This document shows, one piece after another, positions 12,381 to 26,359 of a stretch of 64,000 nucleotides of DNA. The position numbers were made by a program, and so were the translations under genes. The DNA is from Amphiscolops sp. MND2022 (taxonomy: Eukaryota). The number at the start of each line of letters is the position of its first letter. The first letter of the stretch is position 1. The stretch is taken from NCBI GenBank assembly GCA_964187785.1, contig OZ076409.1:67148001-67212000 (forward strand), in the 5' to 3' direction. The notes beneath the pieces are model-generated. The model was not told the origin of the DNA. It ran no database searches and saw only the letters and a list, made by a program, of their open reading frames with translations.

Positions 12381-12670
12381 AACACAGAGGCGAAGCGGTG
12401 CTTCGCAACACATGACGAAGACATGATTATTTTAATATGCGTATATATATTATTTTAATCGCATGCGTATATATTCAACAGTTCAACTTTGTTCAATAAC
12501 GTCCCTATGGCACAGTGGTCAACACTTATGCCGTGCAATCGGGAGGCTGCAGGTTCGAATCTCTCTGGGGTTTTGGGTTTTTCTAAAAGGCGCTCATTAT
12601 GAAGTTGACTATAGTGGAAAAAAACTTACTTAGCTGGACTGCAATGCACATTGACTTCGTCATGTGCAAC
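12381..12670 (-). mobile_element. Helentron/DINE-1-like non-autonomous element, family D, with a tRNA-like core
   Basis: SubTIR CACATGACGAAG/CTTCGTCATGTG, terminal hairpin GCGAAGC-nnn-GCTTCGC, TGTT end; A-box/B-box-like sequence at 12501-12570. Confidence 0.6.
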
Positions 12671-12911
12671 AAATTACTGGAATTTCAAGTATCACATGCC
12701 AGCTAAATCAAAATTCAGATTTTTTCAATCCTTTCACTGTAGGCGCTGAGAAAGCAATGCCCCATATTTCACAAACAGCTCAAATTGGTTGCAGTTTAAT
12801 TATAAATGTCTTTTAATTCAATTGGTTGAAATGATTAACTTTAATGGGAGGGGGTTGCGTCGTTGATAAAGGGGTCGAGCCACATGTCAAGAGAACTGCT
12901 CAAGGAGGACA

Positions 12912-13505
12912 TTTTTAGTCGGCGCTTTTCTAGTGAAAAAAGCCCGACTATTACAGTGGCTATTTTTTTAGTCAGACCCTGATTGGTCCACTTTTCTTAC
13001 AACAGAAACTCCTAAAACTACTAAGGCCTAAGGCCAAGTCGGGCCAGAGGAAACTTAGTGCAAAAAACCCCCTTTCATTTTTTTACTTTTTCAAGGAAAC
13101 CTACAAAACCGGACGTGCCTAAAGGGTCCCCCCTTTGGATTTTTTCGGCACTGTGCGTCTTTTTTTCGAAAATTTTTAAATGTCCCCAAAGGGTCCCCCT
13201 TTCATTTTTTGCTTTTTAACGTAACCTACAAAACCGGACGAGACTAAATGGCCCCCCTTTTGATTTTTTTTCGACACTATGAGACTTTTTTCCCAAAATT
13301 TACTAATGTCTCCAGAGGGCTCCCTTCATTTTTTTCTACTTTTTGCAATTGAATGAATGCTGAAAAAGCCCACAGGGCACCCCTTTTACAATTTTCGGCA
13401 ATGATAATTTTTTGTCCTCAAAAATTGTTTTCTTTTCAGTTTATAAAAACTTTGCGCTTTTTGAGCCTTATATATAGCGCCGACTTTAGACGTTCCCGTC
13501 TTGTT
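12912..13505 (+). mobile_element. Helentron/DINE-1-like element, family A (complete copy)
   Basis: TTTT-AGTCGGCGC subTIR with nearby inverted CCGACT; 3' GCGCCGACT, AGACG-ttcc-CGTCT hairpin, TGTT end; internal AAGGGTCCCCC repeats. Confidence 0.8.
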
Positions 13506-14854
13506 CATATAAAGTCAAGTGTATTATTCTGTCAACCTGATGAGAAAAAGATGGTATGCATTTTGGCAAAGCAATCTTCAATCGAAAAATCTACCAATCA
13601 ATTTCCCGTAAGCCTGTCTAGTTCCAGGGGTGGATAATGATTCGATTTCTCAAAAACAGAATTCTATATCTTCTATCGAATTCAGCCAACATCATCAGAA
13701 TATGATACCGAGACGAACGTTTTTTGTTTGATATAAATCGTGAAATATCGTGAATACCGCCTAATTCGTATCCCCAGAGACTGATTGAAACAGTACAAAT
13801 AATGAGAAGTACGAAAGAACCGGATGAAGATACTTGGGATAAACAAGAATTGAACAAAGATACGAATTATCAGGAGTTTACTGTTGTAATTAACACATTG
13901 ATTATCTGAATACAACCTCATTACAATTATGAACATGACATGATTGCTTTCATCACCCTTGACAATCACTCATTAGGATGCTTCCCAGACTAATGAGATC
14001 GCCACAACAGATAACATTGAAAAAAATATCATCATATCTTTTCACTGAAAACAATGCAATCTATTTGGCACTATAGCATCCTCAACAGAGGACGGATGCG
14101 ATAGACTCACATTCGCATTGTAATCTTTACAAAAAGCTGAAAACTTAATCCAGGCAAACTACAGGAGCGATTCTAGAAGAAACAACATAAGGCAAATCTC
14201 AATCAAATATCTCAAAAACGGCTGTGATTCTTGAAAAATGGTATTAGATTTTTATCTAGTTTACAGATATCTTTGTTTGAAAATCATGCAATGAAAATTA
14301 TCCTCGACAGTGCTTTTGTCCCCAAATGAGGACAGCGATTTCTTTCACAATCAATAAAATATTACGAAACGCAAAAAGCTTATAGGAAAACGAAGTTTTG
14401 TTTTTCTAATCAACAATCTATTGGACTACCTGGGGCGAGTTGTTATTTGTGTCAATATAGTTTTCCGAACCACCGGCAAAAAGGTAACTAGAAAAAAGTG
14501 AAAATTTGCAAAAAAATACTTTTCAGAAAATTAACTTTTTCTCAATAACACAGCAACTGTTTGCTAAGATACTGTCACACTCTAGTAACACAGTTTGCCA
14601 CAATTGAAACCGCATATAGAAGTTTTTTAATGAAGCTTCAGCGAAAAGTTAGAGTGTCATTTGAAAGGCCCGGCGAAGCCCAAAAGTGGCGCCAACTCCC
14701 AGCCTAACTAGTGTCCATTTGAAAGCTTATGTAAAGGGCTTTCAGGAGCAGAAAACCGATTTGAGCTGTACTTTCGTGGAGAAATTAGGCTTTGAAAAAT
14801 TTTTTCCTAATTTTTGTCACTTTTTCAACTTCTCGGTGTACTGTCGAGGTGTAC

Positions 14855-15322
14855 TGTAGCTAGTTATGAATGGTCATTTTCAGCTAAATTTAATTCAAAA
14901 TTGAGGTTTTTCTCACTTTTGGTCTACTTTAGCTCAAAATTTTTGAGCAATATAATTTTCAATCGACCCCCTCAATTTACCGAAGCCTCTGTTATGATTT
15001 GATTTCAAAATTGTTCCAAAAGCGTCTCATCTTTTAGTTATAAAATTGCCCCTTTGAAATCTGGGCTATCATTCCCGTTGCAGACCAACATAGTTTCGCT
15101 TCGCACGGTCCCTATGAGTGGAGAAAATAGAAAAGTAAAATAAGCGTGCGAGATCTTGATTAGCCACTGAGATTGGTTTATTTGCTCGTTCAGCGTGCTA
15201 TGTTGCTTCTTCTAAAATCAAGGGGCCGATTGAACATAAACTTTCTCAAAAGATTTGAGCAAAAGTAGACCAAAAGTGAGAACCTAAATTTTGCTAAAAA
15301 TGGCCTATCGTAACTTTAACAA
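14855..15322. mobile_element. Foldback/MITE-like element with ~110-bp imperfect inverted arms
   Basis: CTCACTTTTGGTCTACTT (~14912) is inverted as AAGTAGACCAAAAGTGAG (~15263), and similarity extends on both sides. Confidence 0.55.
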
Positions 15323-15869
15323 TTTTCATAATTTTTGAACAAACGAAAGCACAATTACGAACATTCGCTCGCTTCATCTCAATGACGTCAGCATACGAAT
15401 GGATAATTACCACTCGCTCGTTCCATCGCACTAGAATTGAATTGTCGTCGGCAGCTTGAGGAATTCAATTCTCACGCGTAACTGCCGAACAAAATATCTG
15501 AATTATTCAGTATCGTCCCAAAAATTGTACTGAAAAAAAGTAGACACTTTCAGATTTCAATAATATTCATGCTATCGCGAATTGAACAATATTTGAAAAA
15601 ATGAGTAAAAAAAATTGAAAACATGAATTAAGCAGAATACACATAGCTCAAGGTCGGCGACTTTTGCAAACACCCCTTTTGCCTCGTCTACAAGCTTGGT
15701 TTATATTTGAACAGAACACAGTGATTTGCGAAAAACAAAGACTAAGTAACCCCAAAACAACTCCAGAAAATCACAACTGAAAGACATGAATACCTCAATT
15801 TTTTCTACCAGGGATTAGCCTCGACAAGCAAAGAGTCTAAAACAGAACTCTATTAAAAGTTTCACTAAC

Positions 15870-17013
15870 CAATCAAGACTAGCAGTCCGATGCAAATCTC
15901 GTTCAGCAACACTGTCTCCGTACAACTGCTGCGGATGTACCCCCAAATGACCTGGCGGGTACACTTCATGACTCTCTCCGGGTGAAGTAGGGGTCATTCC
16001 ATGTTGACCTGGCCCCAAACGGGACGACGCCTCTATGGAGGTCTGAATCGACATATCTGACATGGAGGGATTTCTCTTAGTGGAGAATCCATACTTGCTG
16101 TCTGTGTCGCCTGCATTAGACTGAACATCATCCATGTTTTGGTAGCTCTCTATGTTGATTGCACTGTGACTTCTCGGTTGAATTGCTTTGAAAAAAGCCG
16201 CTTCCGAAACTTTCTGCCTTTGTTTTCGTTTCTCCCTATCTTCATACGCTCTTTGTTTTTGAATTTCTCTTCTTTTCATTTCCATCTCAGCTCGAAGACT
16301 TTTCAAATTCTCAGGGGCGTTTTCTTGACTTTCAGGTTTCGAAGTTTCATCCTCAACATTAGATTCCCGACGACTAGCGTTTTTACTCCGATTAGGTATA
16401 GTGCCAAAAGTAGTCCTATTGGACAATTGGTTGTCGAAAGGGCTAGTGAAATGTTCACTAAGCGGTCTGTCAGGTTCAACAGGAGCATTTTCTAACGCAT
16501 TTTCCTGGAAATTTGATTCCAAGAATATATCCGATGCCGGTCGATGGTGATGGTGGTGACTGGAGCCTTTCACAAAGTAGGTCCCTTTCCCAGACTGTAC
16601 CACTGGTCCACTCCCAGATGATGTTGTTGGATGCGGCAACGGAAACGATCTTCTCTTCAACTCTTTCTCACGTTCCGGGGACCTCGAATTAGGCGTTGAA
16701 CTACCCACTGGATCTTTTATCCGGCTCGTCGATCTGACGTTTGACAACGGAGTCTTACTGGCATCAGCGTTTGGTTCAATTCTCGAACTGTTTTTCTCGT
16801 CCTCTTTATTTTCTGTGACGTAAGTGAGGTTGTGACTTTCTGTGACCGAAATTGGCTCGACTTTGGGTTGATCGTCGTCATTTTCGTCAGCTTTTGATGC
16901 TCTGTGTAAACTCTTGATAGAACCAATGTCAATACTTTCTTCGATGTCGTAATCAGGCACATCCGTTTCTGGTCTACTTTCAGGCGTGTCTTGGTAAGTA
17001 ACGTTTGTTGGTC
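15870..17013 (-). CDS. CAMSAP: CAMSAP/Patronin exon 6 (disordered region plus coiled coil CC1)
   Basis: LRAEMEMKRREIQKQR...KQRQKVSEAAF matches CAMSAP CC1 (LRMKLEEKRRAIE...KQRQKMGRTAF); acceptor ttgtttcag phase 1, donor TG|GTTAGT. Confidence 0.85.
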
Positions 17014-20000
17014 CTGAAACAAGGAGCTTGGTTACGGAAACTGATGGATATTGCAAATCAGAATAAAGACTGCCGAAGCTTTTCGACGGCTGGGCATTTT
17101 AATAGTTCTGGAATTAAGACCTTCTAAGGCTGGTAAATTGTTTTAGTGATCAGTTTTTAATAGCCCCAAAAGATTCCTGAAGACCTTTTTTGAAAACAAT
17201 GATTCATACTAAAATACCTTGAACTAAAAACAATTGAAAGCACTTGAAAGAAACGTTTAGAATGTAACTTTTCATGTGTGGTTTGAGGTGTATCAAATAT
17301 TCATGTATTTATATATACTTGAAATACAAGTCAAGGCCAGACATACTTGTGACAAATGACTGCAGGTCAGCTGGTTTGAAAGGAAATCGCTTAATGATAG
17401 CCGAAAGGGAAATCACTAATATTATTCGGGATATTTCAATTTCACTTTGCATTGCTATATTCATACTATTGAAATTCAGGATAAATTCAACTATATCAAA
17501 AAAAGAAGACAACTACATGAACACACCCAAAAATCACTTCGATCAGTCAACGTTGAGGAAATTGAACATTCAAAACCAGGTATTCTAGTAACACCCTGCT
17601 TCGTATATCCGATTGACTGACTCTTCGATAGTACAAACTTCGAAAAACAACAAAAGTCTGAACTCATTTAAAATTTTTTTAACCAAAAAACATCAGTGCC
17701 AAAAAAGCCTAATTGACATTTTGGGCAACATAATACCCACTCAACGTTCAGAAGTAACCCCTAAAGTGGGAAAAGGGTTTTCCTCTACCGAAAACCTCTA
17801 AAAAATGAGGAATTTTTCTTTCGATTTCAGTAAGTTGCATAGTGCCGAAACCCTTAAGGAGTCCACTATACTCGCAAGACGCTTCGTTTCCATTAAAAAG
17901 CGAGGGGCTTCAATAAAAACAAATTTAAAAAGTCGCATAGTGTCGAAAAAACACCAGTCTTGAAAATTCGAATATAGCGCAACGTTTTCGACATAGCGCA
18001 ACATCTGCCTACTCCTTAGAACGCAATTTACTTCGGATATAACGTCGATATAAATTCGGATATTGCGTGCTGGGCCACATGGGAGTGCTTTTTTGAAACC
18101 CCACCTCCTCTTAGTGAGATGTAAAAAAGAACGAAATTGCTGGCTGAAGCCAGGACTCGAACTCGCGACCGCTGACTTCCCCTAAGCCGATGAACCTCTA
18201 TATCCTCAATACCAACCTCTATATCGTTGTGGTGTACATACAGGGTGGGCTCTGTGGTCTGACAAAAAAACTAGCCACTATAGGAGTCGGGCACTTTTTG
18301 TCAAAACGCCGACTAAAAAGCGCATTTTTTCAGCGCATTCTACTCCGAGCTGTCCGAACTTGACATAAGTATATCCGAGGGTCGAAAGCATGCGTTCTAA
18401 GCCAGATGACGAGGGAGTCACGCTCACAATAGTTCCTGCAGCGAAACTAAATTTGAACCCAACTTTACACCTGCAACACTCGATTGCTTGTTTTCAAAAT
18501 GTAAAAATGAATTACAAGAAATGTAGAACAAGACGCCCGCTAAGCACCGGGATATTTTCCTCCCTTTTCGCCTTCATCGCTTGAGCCATAGCTAATTTGG
18601 GAGGGGAATGGGATCTAAATAATAAGATCTAAAAATTAGTGATTTTAGATCTTATTCCCTATAGATCTTATTCCCGTCCTGAAATTTTAGATCTTATTCC
18701 CTTCAGATCTTAATCCCATTTTTACTTTAGATATTATTCCCATCTCAGTATGAAGGATGAAGGCTGAGCAGGGAGACTGAGTAAGTGGAGTGGAGTTGTA
18801 CAAAGTGGAGTTTTGACAGAATTTGGCAAAAAAACGCAACACAGATGATGATTTTCCTCCCCGTTGAAAATGTGGGTCGGAAAATAATAATTGAAAAGGT
18901 TGTAAGTTAAATTGCATGTTAAATAGTATGCCAACCTTGGTCGGGGGATGAAAATGTAGATCAATGCATAGCTGTATCCATTCTTGGCCATTTTGCATTT
19001 TGCCGCATAATCAAAATAGGCCCCGGCGGGGCACAGTATTATTTGTGCTTTAGGCTTTCATGTTCAATAATAGAGGCATATCTGGAATAACTAACACTTC
19101 TGTTTAATCATTATATGGCGCACAATTAATCACTATCAGTTTACACCGCCTTTAATTCTCCACGGACTACAGAAAACATGACTACTAAGCGTATAAGTTC
19201 TCGGGGAACAAAAATTAAAACTCATTCGCTTCATCTCAATGAATTTGAGGTACCAATGCATAATTCATACTCGCTCGATTCATTGCACGAGAATTTAATT
19301 GTCGTCGGCAGCTTGAAAAATTTAAATCCCACGCTTATACTCACTGCCGAACAAAATATCTGAATTTTTTAGTAGGTACTCGGTTCAGGAACAGAGTCGG
19401 CTAAAGAAACGTCGCCTTCTGATTTATATATTAAAATTCTACATTAATATACGATCTCAAAATTCGTAACTATTTGTTCTACAATCGAAAAATGCCAAAA
19501 ATCTGCTCCACTTAAATCTGATGTTGAATGCCTCTCGAAGAGACTAGTGCAAGAAAAACTGAATGGAAAATTACAGAGAAAAACAATGTGAAACGAACTA
19601 AAGATATGTCGCATGTTAAATCTGCAGTATTTCGACAGAGATGACTGAAAAATCGAGCAAAATTGCGCAAAACTAATCCACATGAATGAATCAGCAGAAG
19701 AAGAGTTTTTGAAAGAGTTCGAAGTAGAAAAAACTGAAAGAAACAACTTTGAGAAAAAAAATCTTCAAATTCCGCTACTCTAGAGAACCTATCTCAAAAT
19801 TCAGCTTCACTTAATTGAATCAATCTGAAAGCTATATTTCGATTGAGATTACTGGCAATGAAATTGAGTGAAAAATTGAGAAATATTAGACGCAGAAATA
19901 TCACAAATTAAGTGGAATGATGATGTATGTGTAAATCACGGAAACCTTCTGAAAGGAATTTAAATTAACTCACGTCAATGTTATAAATTGACATGATTCC

Positions 20001-20446
20001 AACATTTCAAAGCTACACGGGACAATATAATATTGAATTTCTGTCTTAGATTTTAATGGACCATCTTATGTTTTGTTTCAATGCACACGAAAAGACCAAA
20101 ATAGTTTTCACCAAAAAATCTATTGATTATATCATATTCTTATGAGGCCTAGCAGAATTGCAGGTAAAGTGTGAGATTTTCTGAAAAAATCTCGGTCGAT
20201 CCTTTCACTTCTTTTCTGAACCATTTTTTGAATTGAAAAAATGAACGTCTTATAAATTTTCATTCTCCACCAAATAATGATGCTCGCAACCAGACCTCAC
20301 AAATTTTAGAGCCACAGACGAGACGCCCACTTATGCCATTTCGGGTTTGTTTAAATTATGGTTTACGACTATATCTCGTTTCCATCGAACTTTTAGTTTT
20401 CAGTTACGAAAAAGTCTTGGGTGCATAAAGGATACCCTTTTGGTCA

Positions 20447-21430
20447 TTTTTAGTCGGCGCTTTTCCATTAAGGGAAAATGCCCGACTATAGCAGTGACTG
20501 TTTTTAGTCGGCGCATTTTCCTTTAAGGAAAAAAGCCCGACTATTACAGTGGCTAGTTTTTTTTTTTTTTTCGTCAGACCACAGAGCTCATCGCGTATGT
20601 ACCACTTTTTACAGAAACTGATAAGTTCACTCAGGCCAAGTTCCACCAATGCAAACTTACTGCAAAGGGTCCCCCCTTTCGTTTTTTACCTTTTTTACGT
20701 AACCTACAAAACCGGAAGACTCCAAAGGGTCCCCCCTTTCAATTTTTTTCGGCACTGTGCGATTTTTTTTTTCGAAAATTTTTAATTTTTCAAAAGAGTC
20801 CCCCCTTCGGATTTTTTGATATTTTGCAACAGAAAGTATGTTAATGAATCCCAAAGGGTCCCGCCTTTTCATTTTTCGGCACTATGCGACGTTTTCGAAG
20901 TTTTTTCAAAAATTTTTTTTCAAAAAAAATTTTCAAAAATTTTTTTGTTTCCAGTCGAGAAAAGTGATTTTCCAGTCATATCGAGCATGAAAGGCACACT
21001 TTGGGTGTCTCGAAAGTGTTTTCAAAGCTTTTCATGAATACATCCTGGGCATATTTAGAAAACTGAGCTTTTTGAGCCTTAGATATAGCGCCGACTTTAG
21101 ACGTTCCCGTCTTGTTTTTCTTCAGACTACAATCCTCACACTGATCGGTCCACTTTTTAGAAACAATCCTGAAATCACCTAAGGCGCCCAGTCCGGCAAA
21201 GGGGCCAAGGCAAACTTAGTGCAAAGGGTCCCCCTTTCATTTTTTTGTTATTTTGCAACAGAATGCATGTTTATAAATCAAAAAGGGTCCCCTCTTTTAC
21301 ATTTTTTGGCACTGTGCGACATTTTCCGAAAGAAAAAATTTTTCGAAAATTTCAAGTTTTTCGCAGAAAAAATGTTTTGCGCTTTTTGAGCCTTAGATAT
21401 AGCGCCGACTTTAGACGTTCCCGTCTTGTT
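20447..21430 (+). mobile_element. Nested/composite family-A Helentron-like elements
   Basis: Two 5' ends (20447, ~20500) and two 3' ends GCGCCGACTTTAGACGTTCCCGTCTTGTT (21116, 21430). Confidence 0.75.
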
Positions 21431-22221
21431 TTGTAAGTGCGATTTTCCAGAATTTTTCAGAGGGCTCAGTAGCAAGTCTCTTGGGCCCTTGAGACTTCTT
21501 GAAAGACAAACTTCTGTCTGAACATAAATCGTTAGAACGAGTTTCGTGACCATGAAGTCTCAAGTAGTAGCGGTTCGTGACCATGAAGCCTCAAGTAGTA
21601 ACTGTTTTTAAAAGTAGAAATTACTGAAACTTGCGCCAGAGTATTAAAAACTTAATTCATTTTTGCCAGATCTTGAAGTGCGTCTACAAATATGCAGTCT
21701 CGTCTACAAATGTACACAACTACTTGAAGAAAATTGGTGTCTCTAGACCTCAGTAAACTTTCTATAATTGACAAAAACTTCAAGTATACAGCTAACTGAA
21801 ATTTTTTTCCAGTAATAAATTTTTCAAATACAGGCAGAGTTCTCCGAACAAATTTGCTTTTGAAAAACTTGCTTTTGATTTGAGATCCCTTCTCCGCAAA
21901 TGAGTAGATCAGAAATTATCAGGGAACCATAATTCGTCGCAGTAGTCGAGACGGCTTGCTTTCTGCAAGCGCGCGCATTTAGCAAGGAACTGGGCGCCAT
22001 TATTAGTAACTATTTTTTTTGTTAGACTACAAAATGTATCTGACAAACACACTTTTTACAGACTTTTCACCAGCGTGATTAAACCCCATTTAAACATTTT
22101 TAAATTGGAATTATAAAGCTAATGATACCAAATAACCTGCCTTGAGTTTTTCGGCACTCGGTAGAATTTTTGCGAATTTTTCGAAGTTCACTTCAGGGTT
22201 CGGGTTTTAGTTTTTAGTTAC

Positions 22222-22737
22222 AAAAAATAGGCCCCTCCGGGGCACACTATTATTTCTGCTTTAATATTCCATTAATAATAGAATCATATCTGGAATACCA
22301 TTACACTCCTGTTTAATGATTATATAGCGCACAATAAATCAGTACCAGTTTATACCGCCTTTAAATCTCGGACTAAAGCAAATATAACTACTAAGCGTAG
22401 ACGTTTCGTGTTCGAATTTGAATGCAGGCGAAGCTCTCGGCGAACGAATAATTAACACTCATTCGCTTCACCTCAATAACTCGGCGCACGAAAGCATAAT
22501 TACGAACATTCGCTCGCTTCATCTCAATGACGTCAGCGTACGAATGGATAATTACCACACGCTCGTTCCATCGCACGAGAATTGAAATGTCGTGGACAGC
22601 TTGAGAAATTTGTTCCTCACGCTTATAGTCACTGCCAAACAAAATATCTGAATTATTCAGTATCATGCAAAGAATTTTACTGAAAAAAAGTAGACATCTT
22701 GAGGTATCAATAATTTTCCTGCTATCGCAGAAATAAT
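22222..22737 (-). mobile_element. Helentron/DINE-1-like element, family C (other copies 33672-34216, 42749-43233; partial 19012-19380, 15330-15580)
   Basis: 11-bp subTIR ATTATTTCTGC/GCAGAAATAAT, terminal GC hairpin GCCCC..GGGGC, T-run ends; same ~500-bp body recurs five times. Confidence 0.7.
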
Positions 22738-22865
22738 GAAAAGCCTTCTCGGATGCATAAAGGATACCCCTTTGGTTAATTTTTGTAAGTGCAATTTTTC
22801 AGAATCTTTCAAAGAGGGCTCAGTAGCAAAATTAATTATTTTTTTAGTCAACTTGAACGCTCACC

Positions 22866-23348
22866 TTTTTAGTCGGCGCCTTTTCCCTTAAGGAAAAAAG
22901 CACTATTACAGTGAGTAGTTTTTTTTTCAGCTGACAATCTCACTCTGAATGGTCCACTTTTTTTACAATCTTTTGTTCATTTGTTCAACTAATTTTCTGA
23001 GAAGCAAGAGATCGTGGGTTCGATTCTCGCACTAAACCCCAATTTTTTTATGCTTCCAAAAGTAGATGCTAGACAAAGGTTTGTTTCGTTTGGTCTTTTT
23101 TCGGCACTATGCGACTTTTTTTCGAAAATTTTCGGATTCTATCAAAGGGTTTGTGAGAACGTTTAATGAGCCTGAATGGCCTCATTTTGACTTTTTCGGC
23201 ATTGTGCGACTTTTAAAAAAAATACTTTTCAAAAAATTCCAAAAATATATTTTTTTGAAAAAATTTTTTCCAAATGTTTCCAATAGTTGTTCCTTGAATA
23301 TTTTTGAGCCTCGGATATGGCGCCGACTTGAGACGATCCCGTCTTGTT
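22866..23348 (+). mobile_element. Family-A Helentron-like element
   Basis: Same AGTCGGCGC...GCGCCGACT + hairpin + TGTT architecture; internal GGGTTCGATTC B-box-like motif. Confidence 0.75.
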
Positions 23349-25849
23349 AGTTTTTTTTGAAGCAGCTATAACTATTTCGTTCCACGATAGCTGTACTGAA
23401 AAATGATTCAACCAGGTCTCAATTTTTATGAAACTTGCAGAAAATGGGGGTTCCACAATACCTTTCGGTGACGAGACGCTTTTTATGGGTTATTTAAAGC
23501 TAATTGGTGTTTGGAATTCGGCAACGAGTATGCAGTTGGTTATTTTTCGATGTGCCAATTTTTAATACAAGTTGTTTCCGACGAAATGCATTCGGCTTGT
23601 TTTGGCACTACTATGAGATTCAAACATACTGTTTCGCCTTTGGAAACGGCTGTTCATGTTTTTACGGAAAACGTCGGAGAAACGGAATTGAAATGAAGGA
23701 GGTGCCAAGACATTTTATAAGCTCTATAAATGATTGAAAAACTTAAAAAATGGTAATTAAGGTCTTCCAAATTGACAACTCAGAACTTCACAAGGATATC
23801 TATTATTTGGTTCAATTCACCAGTTTGACGACAGTGGCACACCGTTATTTCCACAATATTCGTATATATTATCAGAGCTACAGTTGAGTTTCATCATAAA
23901 TTGACAAGACAGCAAAAAACGGGACAGCCTTCCAAATAATTCTCAATAGAATCGAGTAAGAAACGTGTTTCAACTTTTCAGTTCGCTTACACACCAAACC
24001 TCTTGAAATTGAAAGTACTTCGGTTGCATACAAACCGATCTTGAAACTCGCAACGCATATTCAACAATCGCCAACGGTACACACACCAAGAACTAGACTC
24101 AGTTTCATATTAACTTAAAACAACCGACACAAAAAATATGGCATTCTATTCAATTTGAAAAATCATGTCCACTCAATTCAGAAAATTGCCAAAAGCTCCA
24201 TAAAATTATGAGATCCAAAAATTTTCCAAACATTTTGAAGTTCATCGATAATTTCGGAAATTCACAGCTTTGAAAATTCCTATAAAGATCACAAGAATGA
24301 TTTCGGCTCTGGAAAACCTTTTTGAGGAATTCTTTACAAAAACGCCAGTCTTTTAAGAGGGAAGCGGCTTGTATTCGAATAATTTCGACAGAGTCGTTTT
24401 ATATAGAGCAGGGTTTTGACGTCGCCAATTTTTTTGCTAATCGCTAAACTTTTTGAATTACTCGTGTGAAACAACACCATCTGACTGAGTCAACCATTCC
24501 ACTTGGCGTAAAAATTTATCAATACTCGCGATGACATTGACGTTTATCTTGAACTTGTGTTGTTATGGTCGCCCCTTTAGAAGCAAGAAAAACATTAAAA
24601 AATAATTGGGAGCAGTTCATAAAAAGACAAGACAGTTAGCTGGCTGGCGAAGAAAAAGTACAAAAACGATAAAGTGGCGCAGGTGCATTGTCTATGCAGG
24701 TCCACCGCCATTTAAGGGGCAACTTGAAGAGAAGAAGCTCCTTATGCACTAAATTTACTATTCTTTGTTCTTTTTCTACATCTATTTTTCTTCAACACAA
24801 CAAAAGCTTCGCCAAATCTCGTCCAGTTTCATCAGCTCACTAGCACTTCAGAGTTCTTCACTGTACTTTACAAAAAATGAGCTACTTGCCTTCAGAAAAT
24901 TGAAATGATCGCTGTTGGTGTGAAAGATGGCCAATTGTAGAACCTCGAGCTAATCAAAACAACATACTGATGGCGGTTTTAGATTTCGTTAAAACTTGTC
25001 AGATAGAGATCAGCCAAAACTAGTGCGACCATCAAACATCAATTATTCATATTTCTATCATCAATTGATTCACCTGTTTAGGCTGAAAGACGACGCTTTC
25101 AATTCGCAACTACTTCTACATTTATTTATGAAAAGAAAATTATGACGTAGAACAAAGGAAGTCTCGTCTCGTTCAATTGCACCTATTACATCAACGACTG
25201 GCCATCGTAAATTTTCCACACTTCCTCTCTCTACGGAAGCTTTTCCTGGAAAAACACGCAAGCAGAATTATTCAATCCAGCAAAAGTCTTGAACAAGCAG
25301 TTATGTTGAAGAGATCGAAGAAATGAAGATATCGCAAGGAGCCAATACCCAATTTTTCGAGAAAATTAAATGCTTATTTATTATCAGCGCATCTAGAAAA
25401 GAAATGAAGCATTACTACACAAACTAACTGCATGAGTTCAAGAGGTCGACCGTCTCCATACGAACTTGCACCATAAACAAACCACAACTTCTTTCAATGT
25501 AGACACATTTCCTCATTATATTTTCTTCTACAGTCAGCAACCAAAATCTGATTCAAAAGAGAAGCAGTTTTTGTTTTCAAATAATCGTCAAATTGTCCAC
25601 AGTTTCAGATTTGAACTCCAGCTGGTGAAATTATGATGAAAGCTTTTTAACTGTTTCCAAATTTCATTTCAGTAGCAGTGGCCAGCTTTTCAGAAGTGAA
25701 CAATAATTAAAATGAACTTCAAATTCAGACACAAAACCGCCATTTTGTTATACAAACACTTGTGTTCTTTCCATGCTTTTCATTGAGGATGTTAACCACT
25801 CATATCTTCAACTCATATTTGAATTAGTTGCGTAAATTTAACCGACCAA

Positions 25850-26359
25850 ATGAGGACCATTTCCAAATACTTGCTGCTGATCACGACCTTGGGATGGGTT
25901 TGTACATTCGTTGCGTTGGTCAACCAGTTCACAGCCTACCAGCAAATATCTGCGAGATTAAAAGCCCTGAAAGAAGAGACTTCAGCTGTGGATAAGCGGA
26001 ACAAACAAATGCATGAAACAGATCGCCAAGGGAACAAAATTTACGAACAAGGTTCACAAGGAGTAGATTTCATGGATGAGAAAACGACCACAACCCAAGA
26101 CCCACAGGGCTACTTGCCAATGGAAGTGATGAAAAGTTTGTCCTCGACTCTGATTGATTTGCAAAACAACGTGATGGAGATTCAGTACTTTTTGAGTCGC
26201 AGAAGGGACAATTGGAGTCCAGCGGAGAAAGGTTTTATGAATGACATTGCCAAGTATTTTTGGCACAATATTCACGATTCGCGAGAGCTTCTGGTTGAGA
26301 ATCACTGTCCAAGTGCACTTCTGGAAACTTCCGATGAAATTATGGACCAAATTGATCAA
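25850..26359 (+). CDS. FUT8: FUT8 exon 1 (type II TM anchor and coiled-coil stem)
   Basis: ATG, hydrophobic segment, coiled coil; donor CAA|GTGAGA phase 0 gives ...DQIDQ-IQNKRDC, aligning with FUT8 RITYLQNPKDC. Confidence 0.8.

Noticed and set aside
12501..12572. Possible tRNA gene
   Set aside because: A and B boxes are present but the acceptor and anticodon stems do not pair; it lies within a transposon
13520..14100. Overlapping minus-strand ORFs with hydrophobic stretches
   Set aside because: No recognisable motif and multiple frame breaks
20404..21553. Short F/K-rich ORFs here and at 32630-34723 and 50469-52271
   Set aside because: Chance ORFs in Helentron-like repeats
21543..21600. 31-bp direct duplication
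   Set aside because: Two-copy local tandem duplication with no sign of function
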